From positions 1 through 64,000 of the forward strand of contig JBKBRF010000030.1 in assembly GCA_046292385.1 (NCBI GenBank): a stretch of 64,000 bases of DNA, in the 5' to 3' direction. Shown here one piece after another: positions 1 through 10,724 of the stretch. The notes under the pieces are model-generated. The model was not told the DNA's origin, did not search any database, and saw nothing but the letters and a program-made list of their open reading frames with translations. The DNA comes from Armatimonadota bacterium. GTDB lineage: Bacteria; Armatimonadota; SYMT01. The stretch's first letter is position 1, and each line of letters starts with the position of its first letter. Made by a program: the position numbers and the translations under genes.

Positions 1-8
1 CGGCTGCC

Positions 9-35
9 GAGATCCTTCACTCCGTTCAGGATGAC
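9..35. repeat. REP-like half element (GAGATCCTTCACTCCGTTCAGGATGAC), partner probably left of the window
   Basis: Resembles the GTCATCCTGA...GAAGGATCT intergenic palindromic repeat type (recalled); only one arm is visible. Confidence 0.45.
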
Positions 36-114
36 TGGGGTGGAGGACGGTAGGGCCGCTCTTCCTCACCGGCAGAACCTACGCTGCGCTCCGTGCGCCC
101 CAACCTTACAGCGT

Positions 115-221
115 GCGACACAAGCCACCGCACTCCACAGACTGCACCGAGGCAGTCTCCCTTTCGACGAGAGGGAATCTCATCCGGGCTAGCCTGTGGA
201 GTGCGAATGCTTGCTTTCGCG
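115..221. repeat. Degenerate copies of TGGAGTGCG-type REP-like repeat
   Basis: cgcactcca at 129-137 and TGGAGTGCGAATGCTTGCTTTCGC at 197-220 match the repeat at 4335-4473. Confidence 0.55.
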
Positions 222-468
222 CCCCGCGCCAGCGGGGCCCCGGAGAAGCTTCCCGATTTCGCCAACAGTATCCGCGCGCGGCCCTTCAATCGGAGTGAAG
301 TCGCCCGCGGGTGGTGACGCCTTCAGTGCCGTCCGCTTCCCGGAAACAGGCGCGTCCACGCCAGGGAGGCCGCGCGAGCGCGTCACTCCGCAAGGGTTCG
401 GGGGGGGCGTTCTGGAGTTGGCGAAGGGCGTGGCGGGTATCGGGGAGCACCGACACCCGCCACCTCTT

Positions 469-1503
469 CTAGCGCATGGCGATGGGGCGGAGGGCGAAGC
501 CCGCGGTGGCGCCCTTGATCTTGTTCACGGAGCAGACGTACGCGAACTCGTAGGCGCGGTCCTTCGCCAGCTCTTCCAGGTTGTGGAACTCAGCGATGTG
601 GACCCCCTGCCGCACTAGCAGGTAGTCGTGCACCGGGTTGAAGCTGTTGCTCCCTTCCGGCACCGGCGCCACTTCCAGGCCACTGGTGTCGGAGCCGACC
701 AGCACGGCGCCCTTCTGCTCCACCAGCCACTTCGCGGCGTCGAGATCGATCCCGGCGGTGTCGTGCTCGCGCAGTTTGGCGTGGTCGGCCCCGGTCTCGC
801 CCCAGTAGCGGGCGGTGCCGGTGCGGATGAAGACGGCATCGCCGGGGCGGATCTCGGTCTTCTGCGCCCGCAGCGCGTCCTGCAGGATCTTCGGCGTGAT
901 CCGGAAGCCGGCGGGGAGGGCGTCGACCTTCTGCAGGCCGGCAACGTCGATCATGACGCCGCGGCAAACGATCGGGGGAATCGTCTCCGCGCCGCACTTG
1001 CGGATGCCCCAGTTGCCCCCCCAGTCGGCTTCTTTGAAGCCGTTGTACCAGTGGTTGTCCCGGCCCTGGGTGATGTGGCCCAGGCTGTCGATCTGGGTGG
1101 CCACGTTGTCGCTCATGAAAAGCGCGCAGCTATGCCAGGCGGTGCCGAGACTGTTGCCCTCGCCCTGGGTGAACGGCAGGTCCTTCTGGCGCTTCACGCC
1201 CTCCGGACCGCGAAACGTCATGATCTCGCCGGGAGCGTGCCCCGGCCACTTGAAAGAGGTGCGGTCGTACGTAAGACCCATGTCGTAGACCTTGCCCTGC
1301 CGCACCAGGCTCATCGCCTCGCGCACGTCGGCCGGTCCCAGCGTGTTGAGCGCCCCGACCTCGTCGTTCGGTCCCCAGACCCAGCCATAGCCCTTGCCCT
1401 GGGTCCAGCCCTTCCGCGCCGTGGAGCGCTGCGCGTAGAGGTAGCCGGAGCCCCAGAGGAGCATCCCCGCGGCGAGGACGATGGCAGCCGATTTGATCTT
1501 CAT
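469..1503 (-). CDS. Cyclase-family (kynurenine formamidase-like) metal-dependent hydrolase, secreted
   Basis: WGPNDEVGALN, ATQIDSLGH, RGVMIDV, RTG, GSDT and HxxLLxxxGVHIxE motifs; N-terminal signal peptide; GGAGG RBS before ATG 1503. Confidence 0.85.
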   Translation of the reverse strand: MKIKSAAIVLAAGMLLWGSGYLYAQRSTARKGWTQGKGYGWVWGPNDEVGALNTLGPADVREAMSLVRQGKVYDMGLTYDRTSFKWPGHAPGEIMTFRGPEGVKRQKDLPFTQGEGNSLGTAWHSCALFMSDNVATQIDSLGHITQGRDNHWYNGFKEADWGGNWGIRKCGAETIPPIVCRGVMIDVAGLQKVDALPAGFRITPKILQDALRAQKTEIRPGDAVFIRTGTARYWGETGADHAKLREHDTAGIDLDAAKWLVEQKGAVLVGSDTSGLEVAPVPEGSNSFNPVHDYLLVRQGVHIAEFHNLEELAKDRAYEFAYVCSVNKIKGATAGFALRPIAMR

Positions 1504-1648
1504 AATCCCTCCCGAAGCCGCCCCGGCGTGAGACGGCCCGATGAATTCCACACCAGAGCGCAAACGAAAAGGGTAATGGCGCCGAACTGTCCAAAGTCTT
1601 AGCGTCCGGGCAAGCGCTTGCCTGCCCGTTCACGCTCCGAGCGATGCC

Positions 1649-2032
1649 ATGGCGAAAATACTTCTGGCCGACGACCATCCCGATATCGTGCGCCTTCTCC
1701 AGATGTCTCTTCGAGACGAAGGCCATTCGATCCTGTGCGCGTACGACGGAGCCCAGGCGTGGGAGCTGGCGCAGCAGGAGCGGCCGGACGTGGTGATCCT
1801 CGACGTGGTGATGCCGAACCTGGACGGCTACCGGGTGCTGAACCGGATCAAGTCCGACCCGGAGCTGCGGAACACCGTTGTCGTGATGCTCTCCGTGCGG
1901 GACCAGCCGGAGGAAATCACCCTGGGTCTCGACATCGGCGCCGACTTCTACCTCTCCAAGCCGTTCAGTCCCAAGGACGTGAGCGCGCTGCTGCGCCGCA
2001 TCATCGGGGGGCAGACGGCGGAGACGGTCTAA
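1649..2032 (+). CDS. Single-domain response regulator (receiver)
   Basis: ILLADD, LDVVMP (phospho-Asp), MLS, YLSKPF. Confidence 0.92.
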   Translation: MAKILLADDHPDIVRLLQMSLRDEGHSILCAYDGAQAWELAQQERPDVVILDVVMPNLDGYRVLNRIKSDPELRNTVVVMLSVRDQPEEITLGLDIGADFYLSKPFSPKDVSALLRRIIGGQTAETV

Positions 2033-2102
2033 TCCCGACGAGGCGGAGCGGCCCCGTTTCCCGGAGGTGTTCCACCGGGTAAGCGCACTCCGAGGAGGGC
2101 GC

Positions 2103-3314
2103 ATGCCACGCGCGAGATCGGTCCGCATTCAGAAGTCGCCTCGTCTCCGGCACGTGAAGGGCGAGCCTCCCGGAACGAAGCTGGGGGAGCCGCCCACCGT
2201 GAGAAGCATCTATCCGGACCTCCGGAAGGCGGTGCTGCTCGCTGCCGGCCTCTTCATCCTCTTCCGGCTGGCGGGGCTGCTCACCACGCTGCTGCTCTTC
2301 TTCCTGCTGGCATTCATTCTTGCGGCGGTCCTGAACCCGGTGGCGAACTACCTGGAGCGCTGGCGAGTCCCGCGTGCGCTCAGCGCAGCGGCTTCGGTCC
2401 TGCTGCTCCTGGGAGCCGTGGGCGGACTGCTCTGGCTGGCGCTGCCACCGCTGATCGGACAGGCCAGCGACTTCATCAACCAGGTCGACCTGGAGCGGTT
2501 CCAGGTTAGCGGCTGGTATGAGAGCCTGCTGGCCCAGTATCCTCGGCTCCGGCAGATGCTGCCCGCCCCGGAGGAGCTGTCACAGTCGCTTATGCCGAAC
2601 CTGCGGAGCGCGGTCGGCCACGTGGGCACCGTCGCGATGACCCTCGGCTCCGGCATGCTCTCGTTCTTCGTGCTGGTGGTGATGGTGATCTACTCCGTCA
2701 GCCGTCCCGCGCCGCTCCTCGGCGGGCTACTCGCGGCGGTGCCGGAGCGATACCGGATTCGGACCGACCGCGCCGTGCGCCGTGGAATGGAGCAAGTGAA
2801 GAACTGGGTGGTCGGCGCCGCCATCAGCGGGTTGATCGTGGGGCTCATTACCGGCGTCGGGCTCTATCTCCTCGGCGTGCCCTACGCGCTGCTGTTCGGC
2901 ATCCTGGCGGCCTTCGGGGAGCTGATCCCGTATATCGGGCCGTTCCTCGCCGCAGTGCCGCCGTTACTGGTGGCGCTCATCCAGGATCCCACGCTCGCCG
3001 TGTGGGTGGCGCTGCTCTTCCTGGTAATCCAGCAGCTCGAGGGCAACGTGGTGACGCCCCTGGTGATGGGCCGCGTGATGGAGCTGCACCCGGTGTCGCT
3101 CATCGCGATCATCCTGGTGATGCACGCGCTCTTCGGAATCATGGGAGCGATCCTGGCGGTGCCCACCGCGGCGCTCATCAAGGTGGTCTGGGAGGAGTTC
3201 TACCTGAAGCCGACCCGCACCGATCCGGAGTTGATGAAAGAGGAAGGACGCCGCATCCGCGACGAGCGTCCGCCGATCCTGAACCGGCCCCGGCGCCGCG
3301 CGGACGTCGGCTGA
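2103..3314 (+). CDS. AI-2E family transporter (PerM-like)
   Basis: Multi-TM; LNPVANYLE, ELIPYIGP, QQLEGNVVTPLVMG, GAILAVP; GAGGAGG before ATG 2103. Confidence 0.88.
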   Translation: MPRARSVRIQKSPRLRHVKGEPPGTKLGEPPTVRSIYPDLRKAVLLAAGLFILFRLAGLLTTLLLFFLLAFILAAVLNPVANYLERWRVPRALSAAASVLLLLGAVGGLLWLALPPLIGQASDFINQVDLERFQVSGWYESLLAQYPRLRQMLPAPEELSQSLMPNLRSAVGHVGTVAMTLGSGMLSFFVLVVMVIYSVSRPAPLLGGLLAAVPERYRIRTDRAVRRGMEQVKNWVVGAAISGLIVGLITGVGLYLLGVPYALLFGILAAFGELIPYIGPFLAAVPPLLVALIQDPTLAVWVALLFLVIQQLEGNVVTPLVMGRVMELHPVSLIAIILVMHALFGIMGAILAVPTAALIKVVWEEFYLKPTRTDPELMKEEGRRIRDERPPILNRPRRRADVG

Positions 3315-3337
3315 TTCCGGGGCAACTGAGAGAAGGG

Positions 3338-3367
3338 TTGCACTTCCCGGCTTACCTGGCTTACGAT
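3338..3367 (+). promoter_or_regulatory. Putative sigma70-type promoter TTGCAC-N18-TACGAT
   Basis: Near-consensus hexamers upstream of the nucleotidyltransferase gene. Confidence 0.4.
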
Positions 3368-3405
3368 TGGGGCTCCTCCCAACGAGGAGGGGAAGGAGCC
3401 CCACC

Positions 3406-4239
3406 ATGCCACAGCCCCAACCTGCCGCCGATCTCGAGCGCTTCGCCGCCGATTTCGATTCCGAAAACCCGTTTGCGTTCCGGGAGAGCCTGCTCTTCTG
3501 CGCGTACGTCGGCAGCCAGGCGCACGGCACCTGGATCCCGCCCGAGGAAGAGATGGGCACGGACGACATCGACCTGATGGCGGTGGTGCTGCCGCCGCCG
3601 CGGAGCGTCATCGGCCTGCGCGAGTGGGAGCACTGGTGTCCCAAGAAAGGCGACTGGGACTACGTGGCGTACGCCTTCCCCAAGTACTTCCGGCTGCTCT
3701 TGAAGGCGAATCCGAACGTGCTCGCCCTGCTCTGGGAGCGGGACGAAGAGGTCCTCTACTGCCACCCGCTCTTCGCCCGGCTGCGGGAGCAGCGGGAGCT
3801 CTTCTCCAGCCGCCGCGCCGCCGCGACGATCACCGGCTACGCGCAGTCGCAGATCGCCGGGCTCCACAAGATGAAGAAGGCCGGCTACATGGGTGAGCGC
3901 CGCGCGGAGCTGCGAGAGCGGTTCGGGTACGACGTCAAGATGGCGTCCCATGCGCTGCGCCTGCTCCAGATGGGCTGCGAGTTCCTGGAAACGGGACAGC
4001 TCCGCATCTACCGCACCGACGACGCCTGGATCTACAAGGAAGTGAAGCAGGGGAAGTGGCCGCTGGAGCGAGTGGAGCAGCGCGCGACCGAGCTGCTCGC
4101 CGACCTGGAGCGCCGCACCGCCACCAGCCCCCTGCCCGAGCATCCAGACCTGGAAGCCTGCGAGCGGCTGCTGGTCGGCACCGTGCTGGACTTCTGGCGC
4201 GAGAAGGGCTGGCTTGAGGCGGCGACCCCCGGCGCCTGA
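3406..4239 (+). CDS. DNA polymerase beta-superfamily nucleotidyltransferase (RlaP/YcgL-like)
   Basis: GSQAHG...DDIDL catalytic motif, LLLKANPNVL, GYDVKMASHALRLL, VKQG helical domain; AAGGAG RBS before ATG 3406. Confidence 0.85.
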   Translation: MPQPQPAADLERFAADFDSENPFAFRESLLFCAYVGSQAHGTWIPPEEEMGTDDIDLMAVVLPPPRSVIGLREWEHWCPKKGDWDYVAYAFPKYFRLLLKANPNVLALLWERDEEVLYCHPLFARLREQRELFSSRRAAATITGYAQSQIAGLHKMKKAGYMGERRAELRERFGYDVKMASHALRLLQMGCEFLETGQLRIYRTDDAWIYKEVKQGKWPLERVEQRATELLADLERRTATSPLPEHPDLEACERLLVGTVLDFWREKGWLEAATPGA

Positions 4240-4334
4240 GCCTGCCGCGTGTGCAGTGGGCCGACCCGGTTCGGAGGATGCGGCGCTCCGGCGCGGCCTC
4301 CCGGAGTGTGGGACGAACCGTCCGACGCAGCATG

Positions 4335-4473
4335 TGGAGTGCGGAAGCTTGCTTCCGCTTTGAGGAGCCTCCCGCCCACGGTAGGTTCTCGCGAGCGAAA
4401 GCAAGCTTCCGCAGGTGGCGGCGGCCGGAAGCCGAGAACGGCGGCGAAAGCGGTAGCAAGCTACCGCACTCCA
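4335..4473. repeat. Inverted pair of REP-like units TGGAGTGCGGWAGCTTGCTWCCGCTTT
   Basis: 4335-4361 and the reverse complement of 4447-4473 are identical except for one compensatory A:T/T:A pair; partial third unit at ~4393-4412. Confidence 0.8.
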
Positions 4474-4527
4474 AAAACTGGACCGGCAGGCCACGAGCGT
4501 TGTCGGCGGCAACTCCCGCCATGCAAG

Positions 4528-4563
4528 AAAGCCGAACCCTCCGCAGACGAAGGGTTCGGCTTT
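4528..4563. terminator. Hairpin AAAGCCGAACCCT...AGGGTTCGGCTTT between convergent genes (possible bidirectional terminator)
   Basis: 13-bp perfect inverted repeat with short T runs on both strands; also holds the shared repeat core (see findings). Confidence 0.6.
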
Positions 4564-4591
4564 AGCCTTTTACCTTTTGACTTCAGCCTTC
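4561..4591. repeat. Heptamer tandem array (TTTAGCC/TTTTACC/TTTTGAC/TTCAGCC)
   Basis: 7-nt periodicity directly downstream of the DUF1501 stop. Confidence 0.6.
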
Positions 4592-4592
4592 G

Positions 4593-6059
4593 CTAGGCCA
4601 GGATCTCGTTGACGATCTTCCCTTCCACGTCGGTGAGGCGGAAGTCGCGGCCCTGGTAGCGGTAGGTCAGCTTCTCGTGGTCGATGCCGAGCAGGTGGAG
4701 CAGGGTGGCGTTCAGGTCGTGGACGTGAATGCCGCCGTTGACGACGTTGTAGCCGAAGTCGTCGGTCTCACCGTAGGAGATGCCCGGCTTGATGCCGCCG
4801 CCGGCCAGCCACATGCTGTAGCAGCGGCCGTGGTGATCGCGGCCGTAGTTGTCGTCGGTGAGCGTGCCCTGGCTGTAGACGGTGCGGCCGAACTCGCCGC
4901 CCCAGAGGATCAGCGTCTCGTCCAGCATCCCGCGCTGCTTCAGGTCCTTCACCAGCGCGGCCGACGGCTGGTCGGTGTCCTCGCACTGCAGGCGCAGCTC
5001 GTTGGGCAGGTTGCCGTGCTGGTCCCAGCCGCGGTGGTAGAGCTGCACGAAGCGGACGCCCCGCTCCATCAGCCGCCGCGCCAGGAGGCAGTTGGCGGCG
5101 TACGTGCCCGGCTTGCGCGACTCCGGCCCGTAGAGCTCGAAGGTGGAGTCCGGCTCCTTGGAGAGATCCATCAGGTCCGGCACGGAGGCCTGCATCCGGT
5201 AGGCGAGCTCGTACTGGGCGATGCGGGTGGCGACCTCCGGATCGCCGAACTCCTTCGCCGTCATCTGGTTCAGCTTGCCGATGCTGTCGAGCAGGCGGCG
5301 GCGGCTGTCCCGGCTGATCCCGGGCGGGTCGGAGAGGTAGAGCACCGGGTCGCCGGTGGAGCGGAGCTTCACCCCCTGGTGGATGGAGGGGAGGAAGCCG
5401 CTGCCCCAGAGCCGTCCGAACAGCGGCTGGTCGGGACCCTTCTTCGCCGGGAGGGAGATCAGCACGATGTACGCGGGCAGGTTCTGGTTCTCGCTGCCGA
5501 GGCCGTAGGAGAGCCAGGCGCCGAGGCTGGGGCGGCCGGGCTGCTGCGAGCCGGTCTGGATAAAGGTGATCGCCGGGTCGTGGTTGATCGCCTCCGTGTG
5601 CATCGCCTTCAGCACGCAGATGTCGTCCGCCACGGTCGCCGTGTGCTTCAGCAGCTCGCTGAACCAGGTGCCGTTCTTTCCGTGCTGGGCGAACTTGAAG
5701 ATCGACGGCGCCACCGGCAGCGTCTTCTGGCCCGAGGTCATCCCGGTGATCCGCTGGCCCATGCGGATCGAGGCGGGCAGGTCCACCCCCTTGTGCTTCT
5801 GGAGCTCCGGCTTCCAGTCGAACAGGTCGAGGTGGGTCGGCCCGCCGGACTGGTGCATGTAGATGACGCGCTTCGCCTTCGGCGGCACGTGCAGCGCCTT
5901 GAGCGAGCCGTAGAGGCCGTTGCCCCCGGGCGCGGGGGCGGCGGCCGCCCGGTCCTGGTTCAGCAGCGTGGCGAGGGCGGCGACCCCGATCCCGGTGGCG
6001 CCGCGGCCGAACAACTGACGGCGAGTCAACAACAGCTCGCGCTCTCTAATCGGATCCAT
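4593..6059 (-). CDS. DUF1501 domain protein (sulfatase-like fold, Tat-like signal)
   Basis: [78 protein letters not shown]. Confidence 0.92.
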   Translation of the reverse strand: MDPIRERELLLTRRQLFGRGATGIGVAALATLLNQDRAAAAPAPGGNGLYGSLKALHVPPKAKRVIYMHQSGGPTHLDLFDWKPELQKHKGVDLPASIRMGQRITGMTSGQKTLPVAPSIFKFAQHGKNGTWFSELLKHTATVADDICVLKAMHTEAINHDPAITFIQTGSQQPGRPSLGAWLSYGLGSENQNLPAYIVLISLPAKKGPDQPLFGRLWGSGFLPSIHQGVKLRSTGDPVLYLSDPPGISRDSRRRLLDSIGKLNQMTAKEFGDPEVATRIAQYELAYRMQASVPDLMDLSKEPDSTFELYGPESRKPGTYAANCLLARRLMERGVRFVQLYHRGWDQHGNLPNELRLQCEDTDQPSAALVKDLKQRGMLDETLILWGGEFGRTVYSQGTLTDDNYGRDHHGRCYSMWLAGGGIKPGISYGETDDFGYNVVNGGIHVHDLNATLLHLLGIDHEKLTYRYQGRDFRLTDVEGKIVNEILA

Positions 6060-6097
6060 CTGGAACAACTCCTCAGGCCGGCGTCGCTGCCGGATCG

Positions 6098-9000
6098 TCA
6101 GTTCTTCGTGATCGTCTCGTCCAGGTTCAGCAGCACGCTCGCGATGGAGGTCCACGCCGCCAGCTCCGCCGGGTCCAGCTTCTTGTTCCGATCCGACTCG
6201 CCCACGCTCAGCAGCTTTTCCGCTTCCTTGGGGTTCTTCCGGAACTCCGCGAGCTGCTGCTCGTAGGTGTCGAGCAGCACGCGCAGCTCTTCGTTGCGCG
6301 GCTGCCGCGCCAGCGCCAGCCGGAAGGCGTAGCGGATGCGGTCCCGCGGCATGGCGGCCACTTCCGTCATCAGCCGCTCCGCCAGCTTGCGGGACGCCTC
6401 CACGTAGGTGGGATCGTTCATCAGGACCAGCGCCTGGAGCGGCGTGTTGGTCACGGAACGGGCTACCACGCAGAACTCGCGCTCCGGCGCGTCGAACGTC
6501 TGCAGCGCGGGTGGTGGACTGGTCCGCTTCCAGAAGGTGTAGAGGCTGCGGCGGTAGAGCGCGTCGCCCTTGTCCTGCTGGTAGGTCTGCGCGGTGAAGT
6601 CGCCGCCGAACGCGATCTCTTCCCAGAGGCCCTTCGGCTGGTACGGCTTCACGGAGGGGCCGCCCAGCTTCTCCACCAGGGTCCCGGCCACGAAGAGCGC
6701 CTGGTCGCGGATCATCTCCGCGGAGAAGCGGTAGCGCGGCCCACGGGCCAGGAGCCGGTTCTCCGGATCCCGCTCCAGCAGCTCCGGCGTGGCGGCCGAC
6801 TGCTGCCGGTACGCGGCGGAGGTGACGATCAGCTTCTGCATCGCCTTCACGTCCCAGCCGGTGCGGACGAACTCGGTCGCCAGCCAGTCGAGCAGCTCCG
6901 GATGGGTGGGCGGCTCAGCCTGCAGGCCGAAGTTCTCCGGCGTGCGGACCAGTCCGCCGCCGAAATACTTCTGCCAGTAGCGGTTGACCGCCACGCGAGC
7001 CGTGAGCGGATGGTCCGGCTGCACCAGCCACTTCGCCAGGGTGAGGCGATTCGGCGTGCCGTCCGGCAGGGGAGGCAGCACGGCGGGCGTGCCGGGCTCC
7101 ACCTTTTCGCCCTTCTTGTCGTACTCGCCTCGCAGCAGCAGGTGCGTCTCGCGCGGCTTCTCCATCTCTTCCATCACCATCGTGGTGGGGATGGAGGCGT
7201 CGAGATCCGTGCGGGCCTTCCGCTCGGCGGCGAGCTCCGCCGCGAGCGGAGCGTAGGTCGGATCGGCGTGCCGGAGGTAGCGCTCGCGGAGGAGCGTCTT
7301 CTGCTCCGCGCTGCGCTTCGCCGGCTCCACCGCCAGGGCCCCCAGCGCGCCCTCGCCGGAGACGAGCGAGGCGACTTCCGCGGCGGTCAGCTCCCGGCCG
7401 TAGACCCGCAGCTCGTCGATGGCGCCGGTGAACGGCGCACCCGGGTTGCGACGGCCCACGTGGGTGGGCGTGGCGGTCCGGATCGACTCGGTCAGCGTGT
7501 CGTGAGTGACTTCCAGCTCCGCCGGCTTGCCGTTCAGGTAGACCTTCACCCCGGCGCCCTTGCTGGAACCGTCGTAGGTCACGAAGACGTGGGTCCACTT
7601 GTTCACTTCGACCCCGCCCTTCGTGTTCACCCGAATGGCGTTGCCGGGGAACGAGCTCAGGATGTGGACGAAAGCCCTGCCGTCGTTCAGGTAGAGGTCC
7701 CACCCGCGGAACGCGGCGGCGTCGTTCATGCGGGAGACGACCGTCATCGCCTGGTTGCCCGCCGGCTTCACCCAGGCGCCGTAGGAGAACTTGTCGGTCC
7801 GCTCGAAGTCGAAGGCGCCGCCGAGGTCGAGGTAGCTCTGCCCGTCGAGCTGGAGTGCGGAGCGGAGCTGACCTTCGCTGCGGCCCGGAGTGCCGTGCGC
7901 CGCTACTACCGGGTGGGCATCCATGCCGTCCGCCGGCGCGGTGCCGCTCGCTTCATCGAAGGCGTAGTGGGCGAGAAGCCCCTGGTAGAACTCCGGACCG
8001 CCGGCGATCACCGCGGTCGCCCCCTTCTCCCAGGCAGGGAGGGCGGCGTCAGCGGCGGCGAGGCGCTCCTGCACCTGCTTGTCGAGCCCCGCGATGCGGC
8101 GGTCGTGCTCCGCCAGGCGCGCCGTCTGCTCCGGCGTCGGCACCTTGATGAACGGCTTCGCATTGCCGCGGAAGCCGTCCAGCCCCTCTTCCTTGATCGT
8201 GTTGAAGAAGGCGTAGAGCTGGTAGAACTCCTTCTGCGAGATCGGGTCGTACTTGTGATCGTGGCACTGCGCGCACTTGGTGGTGAGCGCCATGAAGACG
8301 GTCGAGGTGGTGTCGACCCGGTTGATCACGTACTCCGTTTGGTACTCTTCCGGAATCGCGCCGCCCTCGAAGTTGATCGGGTGGTTCCGGTTGAAGCCGG
8401 TCGCGACCTTCTGGTCCAGCGTCGGGTTCGGCAGCAGGTCGCCCGCAAGCTGCTCCACCACGAACTGGTCGTACGGCATGTTGCTGTTGTAGGCGCGGAG
8501 CACCCAGTCCCGCCACGGCCACATGTCGCGGTGGCTGTCGATGTGGTAGCCGTGCGTGTCGGCGTAGCGGGAGAGGTCGAGCCAGTCCTGCGCCATCCGC
8601 TCCCCGTAGCGGGGGGAGGCGAGGAGCCGGTCGACCAGCTTCTCATAGGCGTCCGGCGAGGGATCGCCGACGAACGCCTCCACCTCATGCACGGTGGGCG
8701 GAAGGCCGGTCAGGTCGAACGAGAGGCGGCGGATCAGCGTGCGGCGGTCGGCCTCCGGAGAGGGCTTCAGGCCTTCCCGCTCCAGGCGAGCGAGGACGAA
8801 GCGGTCGATCGGGTTGCGCGGCCACTTCGTGTTCTTCACCGCCGGCAGCTCCGGCCGCGTCGGGGAGACGAATGCCCAGTGCTTCTCGTACTGCGCGCCC
8901 TGCTCGATCCAGCGCCGCAGGATCTCGACCTGCTCCGGCTTGAGCGTCTTCTTGGTGGCGGCGGGCGGCATCACGCGGGCGTCGGTGGCGACGACCCGCT

Positions 9001-9292
9001 TCAGCAGCTCGCTCTCCTCCGGCTTGCCGGGGACCACCGCCTTCTTGCCGGAAGCAGCGGGACTGATGGCGCCCTCGAAGGTGTCGAGGCGCAGCTTCGC
9101 CAGGCGGGTCTTGCTGTCGAACCCGTGGCAGGTGTAGCAGTTCTCCGCCAGGATCGGCTTGACGTCGCGGTCGAACTCGACCTTCTGCGCCGCCTCGCCG
9201 CGCATCGCGGCGGCGGAGACGGAGCCGCCGATCGCCAGGGTGAGGCCCGCAAGGACGAGCAGGGGGTTTTTCAGGTGGACGCTCGCACGCAT
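6098..9292 (-). CDS. Planctomycete-type cytochrome c / DUF1549 / LamG / DUF1553 protein
   Basis: Signal peptide; CYTCH and CAQCH heme motifs; [19 protein letters not shown]; LamG-like insert (GAIDELRVY); [15 protein letters not shown]. Confidence 0.92.
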   Translation of the reverse strand: MRASVHLKNPLLVLAGLTLAIGGSVSAAAMRGEAAQKVEFDRDVKPILAENCYTCHGFDSKTRLAKLRLDTFEGAISPAASGKKAVVPGKPEESELLKRVVATDARVMPPAATKKTLKPEQVEILRRWIEQGAQYEKHWAFVSPTRPELPAVKNTKWPRNPIDRFVLARLEREGLKPSPEADRRTLIRRLSFDLTGLPPTVHEVEAFVGDPSPDAYEKLVDRLLASPRYGERMAQDWLDLSRYADTHGYHIDSHRDMWPWRDWVLRAYNSNMPYDQFVVEQLAGDLLPNPTLDQKVATGFNRNHPINFEGGAIPEEYQTEYVINRVDTTSTVFMALTTKCAQCHDHKYDPISQKEFYQLYAFFNTIKEEGLDGFRGNAKPFIKVPTPEQTARLAEHDRRIAGLDKQVQERLAAADAALPAWEKGATAVIAGGPEFYQGLLAHYAFDEASGTAPADGMDAHPVVAAHGTPGRSEGQLRSALQLDGQSYLDLGGAFDFERTDKFSYGAWVKPAGNQAMTVVSRMNDAAAFRGWDLYLNDGRAFVHILSSFPGNAIRVNTKGGVEVNKWTHVFVTYDGSSKGAGVKVYLNGKPAELEVTHDTLTESIRTATPTHVGRRNPGAPFTGAIDELRVYGRELTAAEVASLVSGEGALGALAVEPAKRSAEQKTLLRERYLRHADPTYAPLAAELAAERKARTDLDASIPTTMVMEEMEKPRETHLLLRGEYDKKGEKVEPGTPAVLPPLPDGTPNRLTLAKWLVQPDHPLTARVAVNRYWQKYFGGGLVRTPENFGLQAEPPTHPELLDWLATEFVRTGWDVKAMQKLIVTSAAYRQQSAATPELLERDPENRLLARGPRYRFSAEMIRDQALFVAGTLVEKLGGPSVKPYQPKGLWEEIAFGGDFTAQTYQQDKGDALYRRSLYTFWKRTSPPPALQTFDAPEREFCVVARSVTNTPLQALVLMNDPTYVEASRKLAERLMTEVAAMPRDRIRYAFRLALARQPRNEELRVLLDTYEQQLAEFRKNPKEAEKLLSVGESDRNKKLDPAELAAWTSIASVLLNLDETITKN

Positions 9293-9525
9293 GATTTCAG
9301 TCTAAACTCCGTCTTGCTCCCCGGCAAGCCGTGCAACACTCTCTCTACGTTCGGAGGCTCGGCAGTACGTTCCGAGCAGCGGGGGCCGGCTCCGGCCTGC
9401 TGTACGACACCGCAGCCGGCCGGTCTCCTCCGCTTTCGGGCGTTCCGCGCCGAATGACGCGTGCTGTAACCCGATAGGGGCGCGCGCTGGCGGCGGCAGG
9501 CGGCCGGGTCTACCCCGCCGCCTCT

Positions 9526-10587
9526 CTAACGCGAGAGGAGGGCGCGGAGGGCGCTGATCGGGGCGGCGCCGCCGGTGTCGCCCTCTTCCGAGGCGACCGG
9601 CGCGGAGACACCGACCACGCGGCCGCTGGAGAGCAGGTAGACCGGCCCGCCGACCATCTCCGCCTGCACCACGCGATCCAGCTCCAGCTCCGGGCGGCCA
9701 GCCGCGTCGGTCCGCCGCTGTCGCAGGGCAACCAGGCGGGTGGGGGCAGCGAGGGGAACGGCCGGCCGCCCCGGCGCGGGCCCGGCGCCGGCAGCGAACC
9801 CGAGCACGCCGAGCGGCTCGCTCTCTCGCAGGGCGTCCGAATCCCCGAGCGGCACCGGAGGCGGCAGCCCGGCGCCGCAGTAGAGCAGCGCCACGTCCCG
9901 GACCGTATCGGCGCGGCCGATCTCCGCGGTCACGCGGCGGCCGCGAGGGATGATCACGGTGAGGCGCGTCGCGCCTTCGACCACCCGGGCGGCGGTAGCC
10001 ACGTGACTCGGACCGATGACGAACCCCGAGCCCTCGCGGGTGCCGTCCGGCGTCACCGCCAGCACGCGCACCACCGACTGCCCGAGCTGCCGCGACCAGC
10101 GCGCTGCCTGCGCGGGGGAGGTGTCCACAGCCGGGGCCGGGCCTCGCTCCGGCTCCGTCGAGTGGATCGGCTCTCGGGTCGTCACTCCCGGGGCGGGCTC
10201 GCCGGCGTGGTCCGCGCCCGGGCTTGCAGGCGTTTCCGGACCCAGGGCGGCCTGCTCGCCGCCCCTGGGCGCGGCGCCGTCCGGTGCGGAAGAAGGGTCG
10301 TCGGGCTCGCTGGGGGGCGGAACCGGGAGCCCGAACTCGCGCTGGCGAGGCCCCCGGTCTCGATCTCGGGGAGACGGAGCCGGTCGCGCGAACTGCTCCA
10401 GGTCGGGATCCGCGCCGGCGGTCGCGGGCGCGGGGGCGGGGGGCGGCTCCTCGTCACCGCGCAGCGTGCCGATGATGGCCCCCGCGGCGAGGAGCAGCAT
10501 CGCACCCGCGACCAGGGTGATCGCGCTCGGCCCGCCGCTCCGTGGGGTCCGATCTGCCCGCGCCTGTCTTTGCTCTCCTCGCGCCAC
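9526..10587 (-). CDS. Membrane-anchored trypsin-like (S1C) domain protein, probably catalytically inactive
   Basis: TM segment, Pro-rich linker, GSGFVI, DVALL, LGDSD, GGPV...GRVVGV; the His and Ser positions read R and V. Start uncertain (GTG 10587 with GGAG). Confidence 0.7.
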   Translation of the reverse strand: MARGEQRQARADRTPRSGGPSAITLVAGAMLLLAAGAIIGTLRGDEEPPPAPAPATAGADPDLEQFARPAPSPRDRDRGPRQREFGLPVPPPSEPDDPSSAPDGAAPRGGEQAALGPETPASPGADHAGEPAPGVTTREPIHSTEPERGPAPAVDTSPAQAARWSRQLGQSVVRVLAVTPDGTREGSGFVIGPSHVATAARVVEGATRLTVIIPRGRRVTAEIGRADTVRDVALLYCGAGLPPPVPLGDSDALRESEPLGVLGFAAGAGPAPGRPAVPLAAPTRLVALRQRRTDAAGRPELELDRVVQAEMVGGPVYLLSSGRVVGVSAPVASEEGDTGGAAPISALRALLSR

Positions 10588-10724
10588 CTTCAACTCCGTC
10601 GAGAATCCATGTGAGCCGTTCCGCGCCCGCGCATGCGTTTCCTTGTGGGGGAGGCCGCGGCCGGGCGGCACGGGTGAGGGTGTTAGCGGTAACGATCCCC
10701 CTCCGAATCTCGTCTATTAACCTC

